From Octopus bimaculoides (lineage: Eukaryota), in NCBI RefSeq assembly GCF_001194135.2, contig NC_068989.1, positions 17,158,089 through 17,222,088 on the forward strand: DNA of 64,000 nt, in the 5' to 3' direction. Below are positions 51,906 through 64,000 of this stretch, piece after piece. Every line of letters starts with the position of its first letter. The stretch's first letter is position 1. The notes under the pieces are model-generated. The model was not told where the DNA came from and ran no database searches. It was given only the letters and a program-made list of their open reading frames with translations. Position numbers and translations under genes: made by a program.

Positions 51906-52532
51906 GCTGATATCGTGTGCTACAGGCAAGATTGGTCTTATTCTTGAATGTTCTTCTTCGCTCCAAACTTCATCAGTTCTTGTTACGCTATAGAAACAGT
52001 TTGATGCTTGTAACTGTAACTAGTCAAATAAACGTTGTTTAGATTCAGGTCAACCTTCATCTAGCAGACCCATAACGAAAGGCGTTCCAGCCTTGACTCT
52101 CACCTTTATTTGCATTTATTTGTATTCTACTTTAAGATAATGTGACTGCAATTGTAATTTGCGAGATGTGTTTGCAATTTCTGGCAGGTCGAGCGATTAA
52201 TAAATGCTTCCTCCTTCCTGTTGTTGTTTAATCCCAGGTCAGCTTAGAGTGAGTTTAAAATAAAAGGCAATCTAAGCGCGGTCTTTTTGTTAATAGGCAG
52301 GGCTACATTAGCCATTTTAAAGATGGTTGTGTATAAATACGAAAGGACTTAGTCATTTTCCAAAAGAACCAGCAGACACGTAGACGTTCCACGTTACTAT
52401 AGTAAACGTCTGTTATTCAGTAATTCCACTTAAAGGTCTTCAGACACAGTGTTCACTTAGCTGTATCATATCTCCGAAACGTTTCGACTCTGGAATAAAA
52501 TAAGAAAATAATAAATGAGATTTGTGTTATTA

Positions 52533-52563
<31 letters not shown>

Positions 52564-53610
52564 TGTATGTATGTATGTATGTATGTATGTATGTATGTAT
52601 GTATTAAAGACATGTTAGGANNNNNNNNNNNNNNNNNNNNNNNNNNNNNNNNNNNNNNNNNNNNNNNNNNNNNNNNNNNNNNNNNNNNNNNNNNNNNNNN
52701 NNNNNNNNNNNNNNNNNNNNNNNNNNNNNNNNNNNNNNNNNNNNNNNNNNNNNNNNNNNNNNNNNNNNNNNNNNNNNNNNNNNNNNNNNNNNNNNNNNNN
52801 NNNNNNNNNNNNNNNNNNNNNNNNNNNNNNNNNNNNNNNNNNNNNNNNNNNNNNNNNNNNNNNNNNNNNNNNNNNNNNNNNNNNNNNNNNNNNNNNNNNN
52901 NNNNNNNNNNNNNNNNNNNNNNNNNNNNNNNNNNNNNNNNNNNNNNNNNNNNNNNNNNNNNNNNNNNNNNNNNNNNNNNNNNNNNNNNNNNNNNNNNNNN
53001 NNNNNNNNNNNNNNNNNNNNNNNNNNNNNNNNNNNNNNNNNNNNNNNNNNNNNNNNNNNNNNNNNNNNNNNNNNNNNNNNNNNNNNNNNNNNNNNNNNNN
53101 NNNNNNNNNNNNNNNNNNNNNNNNNNNNNNNNNNNNNNNNNNNNNNNNNNNNNNNNNNNNNNNNNNNNNNNNNNNNNNNNNNNNNNNNNNNNNNNNNNNN
53201 NNNNNNNNNNNNNNNNNNNNNNNNNNNNNNNNNNNNNNNNNNNNNNNNNNNNNNNNNNNNNNNNNNNNNNNNNNNNNNNNNNNNNNNNNNNNNNNNNNNN
53301 NNNNNNNNNNNNNNNNNNNNNNNNNNNNNNNNNNNNNNNNNNNNNNNNNNNNNNNNNNNNNNNNNNNNNNNNNNNNNNNNNNNNNNNNNNNNNNNNNNNN
53401 NNNNNNNNNNNNNNNNNNNNNNNNNNNNNNNNNNNNNNNNTATGTATGTATGTATGTATGTATGTATGTATGTATGTATGTATGTATGTATGCATGTATG
53501 TATGTATGCATGTATGTATGTATGTATGTATGTATGTATGTCATGATTGTATGTACGTATATACATAGATTTTCAAAAATCTATGTATATACAAAAATTT
53601 TCTTCTTTCT

Positions 53611-53932
53611 TTTTTCTTAAAGAAACACTAAAATCTTCTTCTCAAACATTCACCCATCACCTCACCACTTTCAAAAAGCTACAATCTCTCAATGTTTCAC
53701 TTTTAGCTTCAGAAGTTTCTTCAGAAATAATGTCGTTTACCTGTTGTTTCTAGCATGTCGGGTTTTCTGGTGGTGGTCTGGTATTTTTTACGTCTGTTAT
53801 TTTAGTACAATTCTACGCATGCGTGAAGCATCAGACGAAAGTGAAACATTGAGAGGTTTTAGTTTTTTGAAAGCGGGTAGGTGATGGGTAGACGAGTGGG
53901 GGAAAGGGACATCGAGTGTTTCTTTAAGAAAA
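53611..53932. repeat. Imperfect inverted repeat, ~90-bp arms, ~135-bp spacer (old MITE-like)
   Basis: tttcttaaagaaacact...cacccatcacct...tctctcaatgtttcacttt vs aaagtgaaacattgagag...aggtgatgggt...agtgtttctttaagaaa. Confidence 0.7.
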
Positions 53933-54276
53933 ATTTAATCTTTAAGCAAAAAAATATATATATATTTCCCAGATTCGTAACCTCTATATTTTTCTACGTG
54001 GATAAAAACAAAATTCAAAAGAAGTTACAAATTAAGAAATTGCGGTGGGGATGGGGAGAAATTTAAATTTTGAAAACGTGATTCCTGGGCAAAATCCTAT
54101 TAACCACTTTTATACGATGAAACAATACATAGTTTGTGATCCTTTTTAAGAACAGAAAGCACTTTCATGCAAGTCCACGAAAATTGTACCTTCTTGTCCT
54201 TCACTTTTAAACAAACAATAACTTCCATTGCGTCAGCAATCCAGTTCTCTGTACCGATTGTGGTAAATATTACTCA

Positions 54277-54385
54277 TACGAAAAGTTCCTGAAAAGTGAA
54301 CAGCTCTGAAAAGTCCCTGGCTTTAAGGGTGTCACGAAAGGCCTGGTTGGAGGCCCAACCTCCTGGATTCTTTTACAGGAGGTTG
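54277..54385 (+). mobile_element. Fragment of a mariner-derived non-autonomous element
   Basis: ctgaaaagtccctggctttaagggtgtcacgaaaggcctggttggaggcccaacc resembles a short mariner-type MITE terminus I recall from octopus DNA; not verified. Confidence 0.4.
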
Positions 54386-54414
54386 GATATCAAGAGGATA
54401 TCAGACAGGATATG

Positions 54415-54804
54415 AAGAGGTGATGCAGTACGACCGTTTCAAGCGGCTCCATTTAATTGAACAATGCAATCATTACATCAAATTAAATGCAGGGCTACCC
54501 TTAAATAAATAGAATGTTTTAATCAGTTGGACACATTAATATAATTTTACTCAAATTTTCTAATAGAACAAGAAGAGGGAGAAAGACCAGTAGTGTATTC
54601 TGAGTCACATTAGTAGCAATATGGACTTTCTCCCTCTTCCTGCTCTATTAGAGAATTTGAGTAAAATTATATTAATGTGTCCAACTGATTAAAAACTCCA
54701 ATTTATTTAAGCAGCTGAGGATAGCCCTGCATTTAAACTGATGTAATGATTGCATTGTTCAATTAAATGGAGCCGCTTGAAACGGTCGCACTGCATCACC
54801 TCTT
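54415..54804. mobile_element. Foldback/MITE-like element with ~175-bp imperfect inverted arms
   Basis: aagaggtgatgcagtacgaccgtttcaagcggctcc...gagggagaaagacca (54415-~54589) is the reverse complement of tggactttctccctc...ggagccgcttgaaacggtcgcactgcatcacctctt (~54622-54804). Confidence 0.85.
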
Positions 54805-54848
54805 GATTTTATTTTGATTCTATGTATGAATGTATGTATGTATGTATG

Positions 54849-54905
<57 letters not shown>

Positions 54906-55374
54906 GAGATAATGTGTGAATGTATTTATATTTGTATGTATGTATGTATGTAATACTTTATTATATTTTATGTCGTGTAATAACTAAGACTGTTTTGTAG
55001 TTTAAAGTTTAACACGAACAAGACGACAATAAAAATGTTCATCCAACGGCAATAAATTTGATGCGACAACGAAATAAATCTATGAAGGTCCTATATAAAT
55101 ATTGCTGACTTACTTCTGACAAATCCATTACATTTTATCGATATTTAACGCTATCTAATTTTTCCAAATTATTTTGCTGTTACATATTATGTGTATGTAT
55201 GTATGTATGTATGTATGTATGTATGTATGTATGTATGTATGTATGTATGTCTTACATTTGCTATATATATATATATANNNNNNNNNNNNNNNNNNNNNNN
55301 NNNNNNNNNNNNNNNNNNNNNNNNNNNNNNNNNNNNNNNNNNNNNNNNNNNNNNNNNNNNNNNNNNNNNNNNNN

Positions 55375-55410
<36 letters not shown>

Positions 55411-55573
55411 TAAATGACCATGGGATTGGACCTAGAATGTTCCACTCCGAGGCACAGGTGAGGGTAAGGTTGTTTATGGAAGATCAGTAGTCTCCCATGC
55501 ATACCAGCTTCCCCTCTCCATGCCACCGATGCTATCCAAGGGAAATGGAAAGGCCGATACAGCTTGGCACCAG

Positions 55574-55664
55574 CTTGAGGTCGTAACTCTTGACGTCGTA
55601 ACTCTTGAGGTCGTAACTCTTGACGTCGTAACTCTTTGACGTCGTACAGCTTGACGTCGTAACT
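55574..55664. repeat. 15-bp tandem repeat (about 6 units) inside a SINE
   Basis: cttga(g/c)gtcgtaact repeated; G and C variants alternate in the first four units. Confidence 0.9.
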
Positions 55665-57159
55665 CATTTCTACAGATGAGTGAACTGGAGCAACGTGAAA
55701 TAAAATGTTTTGGTCAAGAATACAACACACGGCGCGGTCCGGGATTCGAACTCACTACCTCATGATTGTGCACTGCAAGACGCCACATACATTTTATAGA
55801 GTACATTAAATGAAAACAACATACTATGCCCTGCACACACATCTTTTATAGAGTACTTTAAATTAAACAGCAGTAATGGATCAGTGGATAGAGCGTTGGG
55901 CCTACAATCATGAGGTAGTGAGTTAGATTCTCGGACCGGGCGGTGCGTTGTGTTCTTGAGCAAAACTCTTCTTTTCACGTTTCTCTGTGATCACCTCGAC
56001 ATTTGACGAGTGGGACATTGTGTACCTGTAGAGGCAATATGGATTTGATGGAGGGAATGAACTAATTTGCAGCATACACGTTTGATCATTATAAACAATC
56101 TGTGCAGGCTGGTCAGCAAGAAATTGCTGGACTCTCGTACGACACGAGAGTCCACGAGATTCTAGTAGCGTAGTTTTAACGAAAACCACCGATACTCTNN
56201 NNNNNNNNNNNNNNNNNNNNNNNNNNNNNNNNNNNNNNNNNNNNNNNNNNNNNNNNNNNNNNNNNNNNNNNNNNNNNNNNNNNNNNNNNNNNNNNNNNNN
56301 NNNNNNNNNNNNNNNNNNNNNNNNNNNNNNNNNNNNNNNNNNNNNNNNNNNNNNNNNNNNNNNNNNNNNNNNNNNNNNNNNNNNNNNNNNNNNNNNNNNN
56401 NNNNNNNNNNNNNNNNNNNNNNNNNNNNNNNNNNNNNNNNNNNNNNNNNNNNNNNNNNNNNNNNNNNNNNNNNNNNNNNNNNNNNNNNNNNNNNNNNNNN
56501 NNNNNNNNNNNNNNNNNNNNNNNNNNNNNNNNNNNNNNNNNNNNNNNNNNNNNNNNNNNNNNNNNNNNNNNNNNNNNNNNNNNNNNNNNNNNNNNNNNNN
56601 NNNNNNNNNNNNNNNNNNNNNNNNNNNNNNNNNNNNNNNNNNNNNNNNNNNNNNNNNNNNNNNNNNNNNNNNNNNNNNNNNNNNNNNNNNNNNNNNNNNN
56701 NNNNNNNNNNNNNNNNNNNNNNNNNNNNNNNNNNNNNNNNNNNNNNNNNNNNNNNNNNNNNNNNNNNNNNNNNNNNNNNNNNNNNNNNNNNNNNNNNNNN
56801 NNNNNNNGTGTGTGTGTGTGTGATCAGTATTCAAAGTGACCGGTACTTCGTCAGTTACGACGAAGAGTATTCCAGTTGATTCAATCAACGAAACAGTCTG
56901 CTCGTGAGACTGACGTGCAAGTGGTTGAGCACTGCACAGACACGCGTAGTTCTAAGGGAGATACAGAATGACACACCGTTGGCCCTTTGAAATAGAGGCA
57001 CTACTCATTTTTATCAGCTGAGTGGAGTGGACTGGAGCAACGTGAAATAAAGTGTCTTGCTCAAGGACACAACGTGTCGCCGGGAATTGAACTCACGACC
57101 TTACGATCATGAACCGAATACCTTAACCCCTAGGTCAGGCAGGTATCTTCCTTTTACCT

Positions 57160-57834
57160 TTTATCTTTTACCTATTTCATTAATTAGACAACGGCCATGC
57201 TGGGGCACCGCCTTGAAGAATTTTTAGTCGAATGTATCGACTCCAGTATTTACATTTTATAGGTCTAGTAATTATTCTATCGGTCATTTTTGCCGAACCG
57301 CTAATTTACGGAGACGTAAACACACCAGCACCGGTTGTCAAGCGGTGGTGGGGAAACGAACACAGACACAAAGACACGCACACACATACACACACACACA
57401 CACACACACGTACATATGTACGACGGGCTTCTTTCAGTTTCCGTCTACTAAATCCACTCAGAAGGCTTTGGTCGGCCCAAGGCTATAGCAGAAGACACTT
57501 TCCCAAGGTGCCACGCAGTGGGACTGAACCCGGGACCATGTGGTTAGGAAACAAGCTTCTTATGGTATATTCAAAGTATTCTATGAAATATGAGAATTGT
57601 CTAATACTCTTTACTCTTTTACTTTCTTCAGTCATTTGACTGTGGCCATGCTGGAGCACCGCCTTTAGTCGAGCAAATCGACCCAGGACTTATTCTTTGT
57701 GAGCCTAGTACTTATTCTATCGGTCTGTTTTGCCGAACCGCCAAGTTACGGGGACCTAAATACACCAGCATCGGTTGTCAAGCGATGTTGGGTGGGGGGA
57801 CAAACACAGACACAGACACACACACACACACACA
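57160..57834 (-). mobile_element. Two adjacent SINE family A copies (57160-57560 and ~57600-57834)
   Basis: Both contain cagcaccgcct...acttattctatcggtc...gccgaaccgc...caccagca; the second runs into a gap. Confidence 0.8.
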
Positions 57835-59370
57835 NNNNNNNNNNNNNNNNNNNNNNNNNNNNNNNNNNNNNNNNNNNNNNNNNNNNNNNNNNNNNNNNNN
57901 NNNNNNNNNNNNNNNNNNNNNNNNNNNNNNNNNNNNNNNNNNNNNNNNNNNNNNNNNNNNNNNNNNNNNNNNNNNNNNNNNNNNNNNNNNNNNNNNNNNN
58001 NNNNNNNNNNNNNNNNNNNNNNNNNNNNNNNNNNNNNNNNNNNNNNNNNNNNNNNNNNNNNNNNNNNNNNNNNNNNNNNNNNNNNNNNNNNNNNNNNNNN
58101 NNNNNNNNNNNNNNNNNNNNNNNNNNNNNNNNNNNNNNNNNNNNNNNNNNNNNNNNNNNNNNNNNNNNNNNNNNNNNNNNNNNNNNNNNNNNNNNNNNNN
58201 NNNNNNNNNNNNNNNNNNNNNNNNNNNNNNNNNNNNNNNNNNNNNNNNNNNNNNNNNNNNNNNNNNNNNNNNNNNNNNNNNNNNNNNNNNNNNCTCTATA
58301 AATTATGAGCTTCACACCATTATTATTTACATAGAAAACAATTATTAAGATAAAAGAAACATTATTTACGTTTATAAAATATGCAACAGGAAAAAAACAT
58401 ATAAACAAAGCAGTTTGACCGGCACCCGAATATTTTGATGTGGAATGAACAATAAGGGTGTTTCGATCAGTTGTTGATATTACCTTTGTTGTTGCAGCCA
58501 CTTGTTGTTGTTGTTGTGGTTTTGTTGGTGGAGGTGGCGGTACTGGTGGTAAGGTGATGGTAGATTTGTTACAGCTTGTCCCGTGTCCGATTGCTGACAA
58601 CAACACTGTGAGTAAAAAACCTGACTGACAATAATAGGCGAATCGTGGCCTCTAAGTGTATGATACAGCGCGGACGTGTATACTTGTATGTGTCAATATG
58701 TCTATGCGGTGTGTGTAGGTGTGTGTGTGTGTGTGTAGTACAGCTGTAGACACACCTTTACCTGAACTGGCTTATTAAGCCAATTAACTGACTGACTTAT
58801 AACACATGACTGACACGCTGCTGGTGATGGCGGCGGTGATGGCGGCGGTGGTGGCGGTGGTGGTGATGGGAAGATGCTGCTGTAGTGAAGTTAGATAATG
58901 TAGCGGTGATGGCGGTGGTAGTGGAGTTGATGATGGTATATTATAATTATATATATTCTTCTCGTTGTTCTCGGTGGTGGCGGTGGTGGTGTTAAAATGA
59001 TAGTTTAGTGAAATAGTATCGATAGTGAGAGCGTTAGGTCTGTGACCAGTTTATAGTAGTAGTAGTAGTTGTGTTAGTGGTGAGGAAAGGCATACATAAA
59101 TAAATACGTACATACATACATGCATGCATACATACATACATACATACATATGCACACACACACACACACACACACACACACNNNNNNNNNNNNNNNNNNN
59201 NNNNNNNNNNNNNNNNNNNNNNNNNNNNNNNNNNNNNNNNNNNNNNNNNNNNNNNNNNNNNNNNNNNNNNNNNNNNNNNNNNNNNNNNNNNNNNNNNNNN
59301 NNNNNNNNNNNNNNNNNNNNNNNNNNNNNNNNNNNNNNNNNNNNNNNNNNNNNNNNNNNNNNNNNNNNNN

Positions 59371-59514
59371 CTAATGTTGCTGTAATTTAGCCCCAGGAGA
59401 CATCGTCTCCGGCTGGCTATACGACACGATCTGTGTCCTTACATTTTCGAACAGATCGTGTCGTATAGCCAGCTGGAGACGATGTCACCTGGGGCTAAAT
59501 TACAGCAACATTAG
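59371..59514. repeat. Near-perfect 64-bp-arm hairpin (62/64) with 16-nt loop
   Basis: Arm 59371-59434 vs 59451-59514; left end abuts a gap. Confidence 0.95.
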
Positions 59515-60287
59515 TCCTAAACCAGGACTGCCATGTTATGTTGGCAAACAATCTTTACTACAAAGTAGTGTTGCCGAATATCTCACGTTGTAAGATTTAA
59601 AAATAGTAATTTTCTAATTCTATGTTTTGTTTGTTATGTTTGTTTTTTGCTGAAATCATGTTAGATCTTTCCCCAGTACTCATCCATACGAATGATTACG
59701 CCCTCCACATCTCCGTAACTTCATATATTTATGCTCCCAGGATTACTTTTTCTACGGATTTTATTGTAGAATGTTCGGGTTATGACATTATACTTTATAC
59801 GTAGAAAATACTGGGATACAGTTTTGGAACAGCTGCTTGTGATGAGGACGATATCCTTAGTGTTAAATCTGAGAATATGAATCGGTTATTGCTTTTAGCC
59901 GGCTTACTGCATCCTTATCCCTTTTGAGAATCAATTATTTCTTTGTTTTGTTTTCTTTGCCTACGTATTTAAAAAAAAAAACATGTCTTTCAAAGTGAAA
60001 GATAATATCCTGGTTGTTACTATCACTTTGAATTTTCTGGGATTATAGCCATGCACGATATTCTGTTAATACTAATACAGATTTTCTTATGATAGCTTGT
60101 TACTGGAGAGCTGTTTAACTTCTCTGAGTATATATCTCTGGTCATCAGCCAGGTAATATTTTTGAAGCAGTTACTTTTAACTGCCTCCTAATGTCAGCCG
60201 CCTCCTGTTTGCAAAATTGATTCATCGCTCCACTTCGACACTTGGCGGTTAAGTAGACGTTACCGAAGGGATGTTATTCGACATTCG

Positions 60288-60640
60288 TGGAGACGCAATG
60301 GCCCAGGGGTTAGGGCAGCGGACTCGCGGTCATAGGATCGCGGTTTCGATTCCCAGACTGGGCGTTGTGAGTATTTATTGAGCGAAAATACCTAAAGCCC
60401 CACGAGGCTCCGGCAGGGGATGGTGGTGAACCCTGCTGTACTCTTTCACCACAACTTTCCCTCACTCATTCTTCCTGTTTCTGTTGTACCTGTATTTCAA
60501 AGAGCCATCCTTGTCATACTCTGTGTCACGCTGAATATCCCCGAGAACTACATTAAGGTTACATGTGTCTGTGGAGTGCTCAGCCACTTGCACGTTAATT
60601 TCACGAGCAAGCTGTTCCGTTGATGAGATCAACTGGAACC
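60288..60640 (+). mobile_element. tRNA-derived SINE, same subfamily as 34960-35310
   Basis: ggagacgcaatggcccaggggttagggcagcggactcgcggtcataggatcgcggtttcgattcccagac...gaatatccccgagaactac...gtggagtgctcagccacttgcacgttaatttcacgagc. Confidence 0.85.
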
Positions 60641-61384
60641 CTCGACGTCGAAAGAGACGGAGTGCCAACAACAACAATATTATTCGACATTCAAATCTTA
60701 CTCAAATCGATGTTAAACAGCTACCACTTGTTTCCGTTTTAAGCAGAAGCAGTTCACATCACTGTAAATGCATTTAAGAAATTTCCATATTACTGTTTCA
60801 GTAGGAATTTCTTGTATAGATTAATAATTCGGGTATTAACATATAATAATATTCGGCACGAACCACATCTAACTTTCAGTTCAGGAGCCTAAAAGTTTTT
60901 ATGAGCTCTGGTACAGAAAACATATTGAGGGCTATTGATTTTTTTGTATACAGACAGTTCTGATGACTATATATTCTTGAACCAGTTGAGCACTGGGGTC
61001 GATTTAATCGACTTACCCCGCCTCCGAAATAGCTGGCCTTCTGGCAAAATTTGAAACCCGTATATACTTTAACATGGTACTCTCGGCGTGTTCCTTGTTA
61101 TAGATTCCACCATATTTTCATCTATGCCGTTTGTACCTCTGACATTCCTCATCCGATGGAGAAATAATCTGGCCATCGATAGTAATGCTGTTATAAGGGT
61201 TTGTAGCTCAGTCTCTACGTTCTGAGTTCAAATTCCGCCGGGGTCGATTTTTGCCTTTCATCCTTTCGGCCCTTTCGGGGTCGATAAAATATGTACCAGT
61301 TAGCTGGCCTTGTGCCAAAATTTGAAATCGATATTACTATCATTATGACTCTAGCAGAACGGAATCATTCAGACTGTATACCAT

Positions 61385-61710
61385 TTATGCATGAGATTCT
61401 GGAATGCAATTGGCCGGTAGTTTTTCGGCGTGTGGTGTAAGTTTTCTTGCAATCAAAGCCAGCCAGCTAGGTGTGTTTAAAGTTCCACTGATAAAGGCTA
61501 ATATGATACCTCCAACAGGTGAGATTTTTGTACATGTATCCAACTGTCAAGTTTCTTCCTGGTGCTTTCCTAAGCTGAAGTTTTGGTCCACCATTCATAC
61601 TGTTTTATCTCTGTATTTATTTGATTTCTTTTGCTTAATACAGATTAACAATATTTCTTTCCACTGCCAGTCATTTATTGATTGTTTTCTCATATCATTG
61701 TAAACTGATT
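61385..61710 (-). pseudogene. Decayed non-LTR reverse transcriptase fragment
   Basis: Ends in PKNYRPIAFQNLMHKW (RT domain 1/2 NYRPI motif) with multiple stops; may extend to ~62290. Confidence 0.5.
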
Positions 61711-62397
61711 AGTCTCGATTCAATTCCTCGTTAATTATTTTCTTTCAGCTACAGTCTTATGATGCTGCAATTTTTCAATGACACTTTTTATCTCCTGTTT
61801 GACTGTGATTTATTTGTACTCAACTATTCTCTTTTTACTGTCTCCAAACATTGCTTCTCTTATTTCTCACTCTCTTCTTTTCTCTTCTTTATCACTTCTC
61901 TTCTTTTCTTTCGGTGGAGAATATAACTATTCATTTGTTTGCATATGCTTCATTTTTCCAAATCCATCATGGTACTTTTTGTATTGTTTTACCGTTCTTT
62001 AATTCTTCAGTGCCTTGAAAATAGTACGTTCCAGTTGTTGAGAGGTTATTTAAACATGCATTTATTTTCCAAAAAGAGTGGCCAATACTCTGTTTGCAGC
62101 TAGTAGTATATTTTTAACCATCGCTGCTGTTGTTAGATTTGTGGACATTTTACTAAGGGTGGTCAGCCTGAGTACGTAGTTGCAGAGCAGCAGTAGAGCA
62201 GTCAACCTAATTGATTGGTAGCATAGCAGCAACAGGAATTTGGTTGTTTTTGAAGACCTTTCTGATCTATATATGTTCTGCAATATATTGAGTTTCTGGA
62301 ATGAAATCGCACACAGGATTTTTACTGAATAAAATTGTTGTTAGTTTCATATTCATTCATTCATTCGGTTCTCATTGTGCCTTGTGGCACTTTAGGA

Positions 62398-62673
62398 CAG
62401 GGGTTTTCAAACTGTGGTCCTCGGACCACAGGGGGTCCGTGGACAGCAAATACTTTTTATGGGCAATTTGATTTTATATATGTTTTTTAATCGAAATCTT
62501 TTAATTGACAATAAACCTATTTTGTTAAATACTGTTAAATAAATAAATGTAAAAATATATGTTATTTTAAGCAAATATTTATGTATAAATTTCATAAGCG
62601 TTTATAAGGGGGTCCCTAAGGTAAAGCCTGAAATATAAAGGGGTTCGCAAGTCAAAAAGTTTGAAAACCCCTG
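62398..62673. mobile_element. hAT (Charlie-like) MITE, 276 bp
   Basis: Perfect 16-bp TIRs CAGGGGTTTTCAAACT / AGTTTGAAAACCCCTG with typical GGGGTCC subterminal motifs; an 8-bp TSD is not recognisable. Confidence 0.85.
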
Positions 62674-62689
62674 CAAGATCATTCCACCT

Positions 62690-62880
62690 TCTAGCACTGA
62701 AAGCGTCCTTTACAGCTTGTTCCATTGTTAACCATCTGCTTTTAAGATCTTTTGTTGTTCTCCGCTACGTATCTTTTGCTCGGCCATGTCTTCTTTTATC
62801 TTGTGAAACCCATTGCAAAGCGATCTTCACAATTGAGTTTGGTTTATAGCGACAAACTCGGCCCAACCATTTCCATCCCT
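62690..62880 (-). pseudogene. RTE-like LINE C-terminal remnant
   Basis: WKWLGRVCRYKPNSIVKIALQWVSQDKRRHGRAKDT*RRT matches RWLGHV.R......K.AL.W.P.GKR.RGRPK.TWRR. Confidence 0.7.
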
Positions 62881-63251
62881 TTGCTTCAATAGTTTCTCCC
62901 AAGCCCGGGTGAAAAAGGAGGAGCGCTGGATATGGGGCTAACACCCCCATCCCATAAAAAAAAGTATCACAAGTTACAGAAACGATAACAAGAAATAACG
63001 ATGTAATAATTGGTTTCATATCTTCTTGTCCCTGGTTCAGCCATGTTGTTTGTAGCAAATCCCTGCATGGTTAACTCATGTTTGAAGTAAATATGGCCAC
63101 AATTTTTACGTTCGTGTACGAAAGTTTTCTTCAATGAATATAATCAGAAGAATAATCAGTTGTTTAGAAAGAAGAGTAGCTGTTGCAGTAAAGTTGGACA
63201 TGGCATTTACCATAACTTCAACGAATAGTCTCATGATGAACTGCTAACATA

Positions 63252-63282
<31 letters not shown>

Positions 63283-63739
63283 TGTATGTATGTATGTATG
63301 TATGTATGTATGTATCATGTCTGACGGGCATGTTGAAGGGAGTGTGATTCAGCAGGAGGACTTAAACGACACGCAAAGGTACATAGAGTACAATTACAAC
63401 AACAGCCAGCTATTGCCAGTAAAGGTTTTGGATGCCAACTCTGTGCAAGACATTGTAGATCTTTGGCTGGGCTAAAAAGTGACATACGATCACAGCACCG
63501 TTAAGTTAAGCTTCGTGCAATGGCCATACTCAATAACGAGAGGGAAGCCATCATCATGTATGTATGTGCGTAAATGTTAAGACTGTCATCTTGAAGCAAC
63601 TTTAATAATAACAGCGGAATATTTCCTGATGAGGTGGGTGACTCTATACAAAGATTAAATTATGAAGTTTACAATAAGTAAATGTGTATATCTTGTACTT
63701 GTGTGTGCCACCATTTACAACTGAGTTATAGTAAGCATA

Positions 63740-63910
63740 GGCGCAGGAGTGGCTGTGTGGTAAGTAGCTTGCTTACCAACCACATGGTTCCGGGTTCAGT
63801 CCCACTGCGTGGCATCTTGGGCAAGTGTCTTCTACTATAGCCTCGGGCCGACCAAAGCCTTGTGAGTGGATTTGGTAGACGGAAACTGAAAGAAGCCCGT
63901 CGTATATATG

Positions 63911-63943
<33 letters not shown>

Positions 63944-64000
63944 TTGTGTGTCTGTGTTTGTTCCCCTAGCATTGTTTGACAACCGATGCTGGTGTGTTTA
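63740..64000 (+). mobile_element. tRNA-derived SINE family A (young copy, truncated by window end)
   Basis: Head ggcgcaggagtggctgtgtggtaag...ggttcagtccc (Pol III A/B-box-like), body cttgggcaagtgtcttctactatagc...aagaagcccgtcg, internal (AT)/(GT) microsatellite. Confidence 0.85.

Noticed and set aside
58575-58607. Possible 33-nt plus-strand microexon (acag|...act|gtgagt)
   Set aside because: Weak polypyrimidine tract and no other plus-strand exons to join.
63316-63475. Protein-like short frame MSDGHVEGSVIQQEDLNDTQRYIEYNY...
   Set aside because: No recognisable motif, no convincing splice sites, stops early; possibly a decayed retroelement piece.
63628-63660. CUGAUGAG...CUC hammerhead-like start
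   Set aside because: The GAAA core and stems I and III are absent.

Overview
Eukaryotic, AT-rich, microsatellite-dense genomic scaffold with 19 N-gaps (about 8.6 kb, 13%), most of them bordered by simple repeats. The repeat families (tRNA-derived SINEs with internal microsatellites, RLE- and L1/Tx1-type LINE tails, Tc1/mariner) resemble those I recall from octopod cephalopod genomes; this taxonomic call is an inference. One protein-coding gene is supported, on the minus strand: a filamin-like gene. Its three securely spliceable exons (27357-27131, 25471-21545, 17319-17098) encode a calponin-homology (CH) domain, a filamin/Ig repeat, a ~1,090-aa low-complexity spacer and a second filamin repeat, apparently followed by a stop. 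The middle exon is 3,927 nt. Two further upstream exon candidates (49498-49310, 31282-31085) are phase-compatible but weakly supported. Most of the remainder is intronic or intergenic and filled with decayed transposons: two Tc1 copies, one full-length dead mariner, RLE LINE tails clustered at (TAA)n tracts, L1/Tx1 and RTE remnants, Penelope remnants, MITE-like foldbacks and many SINEs. Reading the raw sequence revealed an apparently intact type I hammerhead ribozyme (6884-6935, minus) beside a Penelope GIY-YIG-like remnant, plus three variant or decayed hammerhead-like motifs. No rRNA, true tRNA gene or CRISPR array is supported. All calls were made by eye, without database searches.
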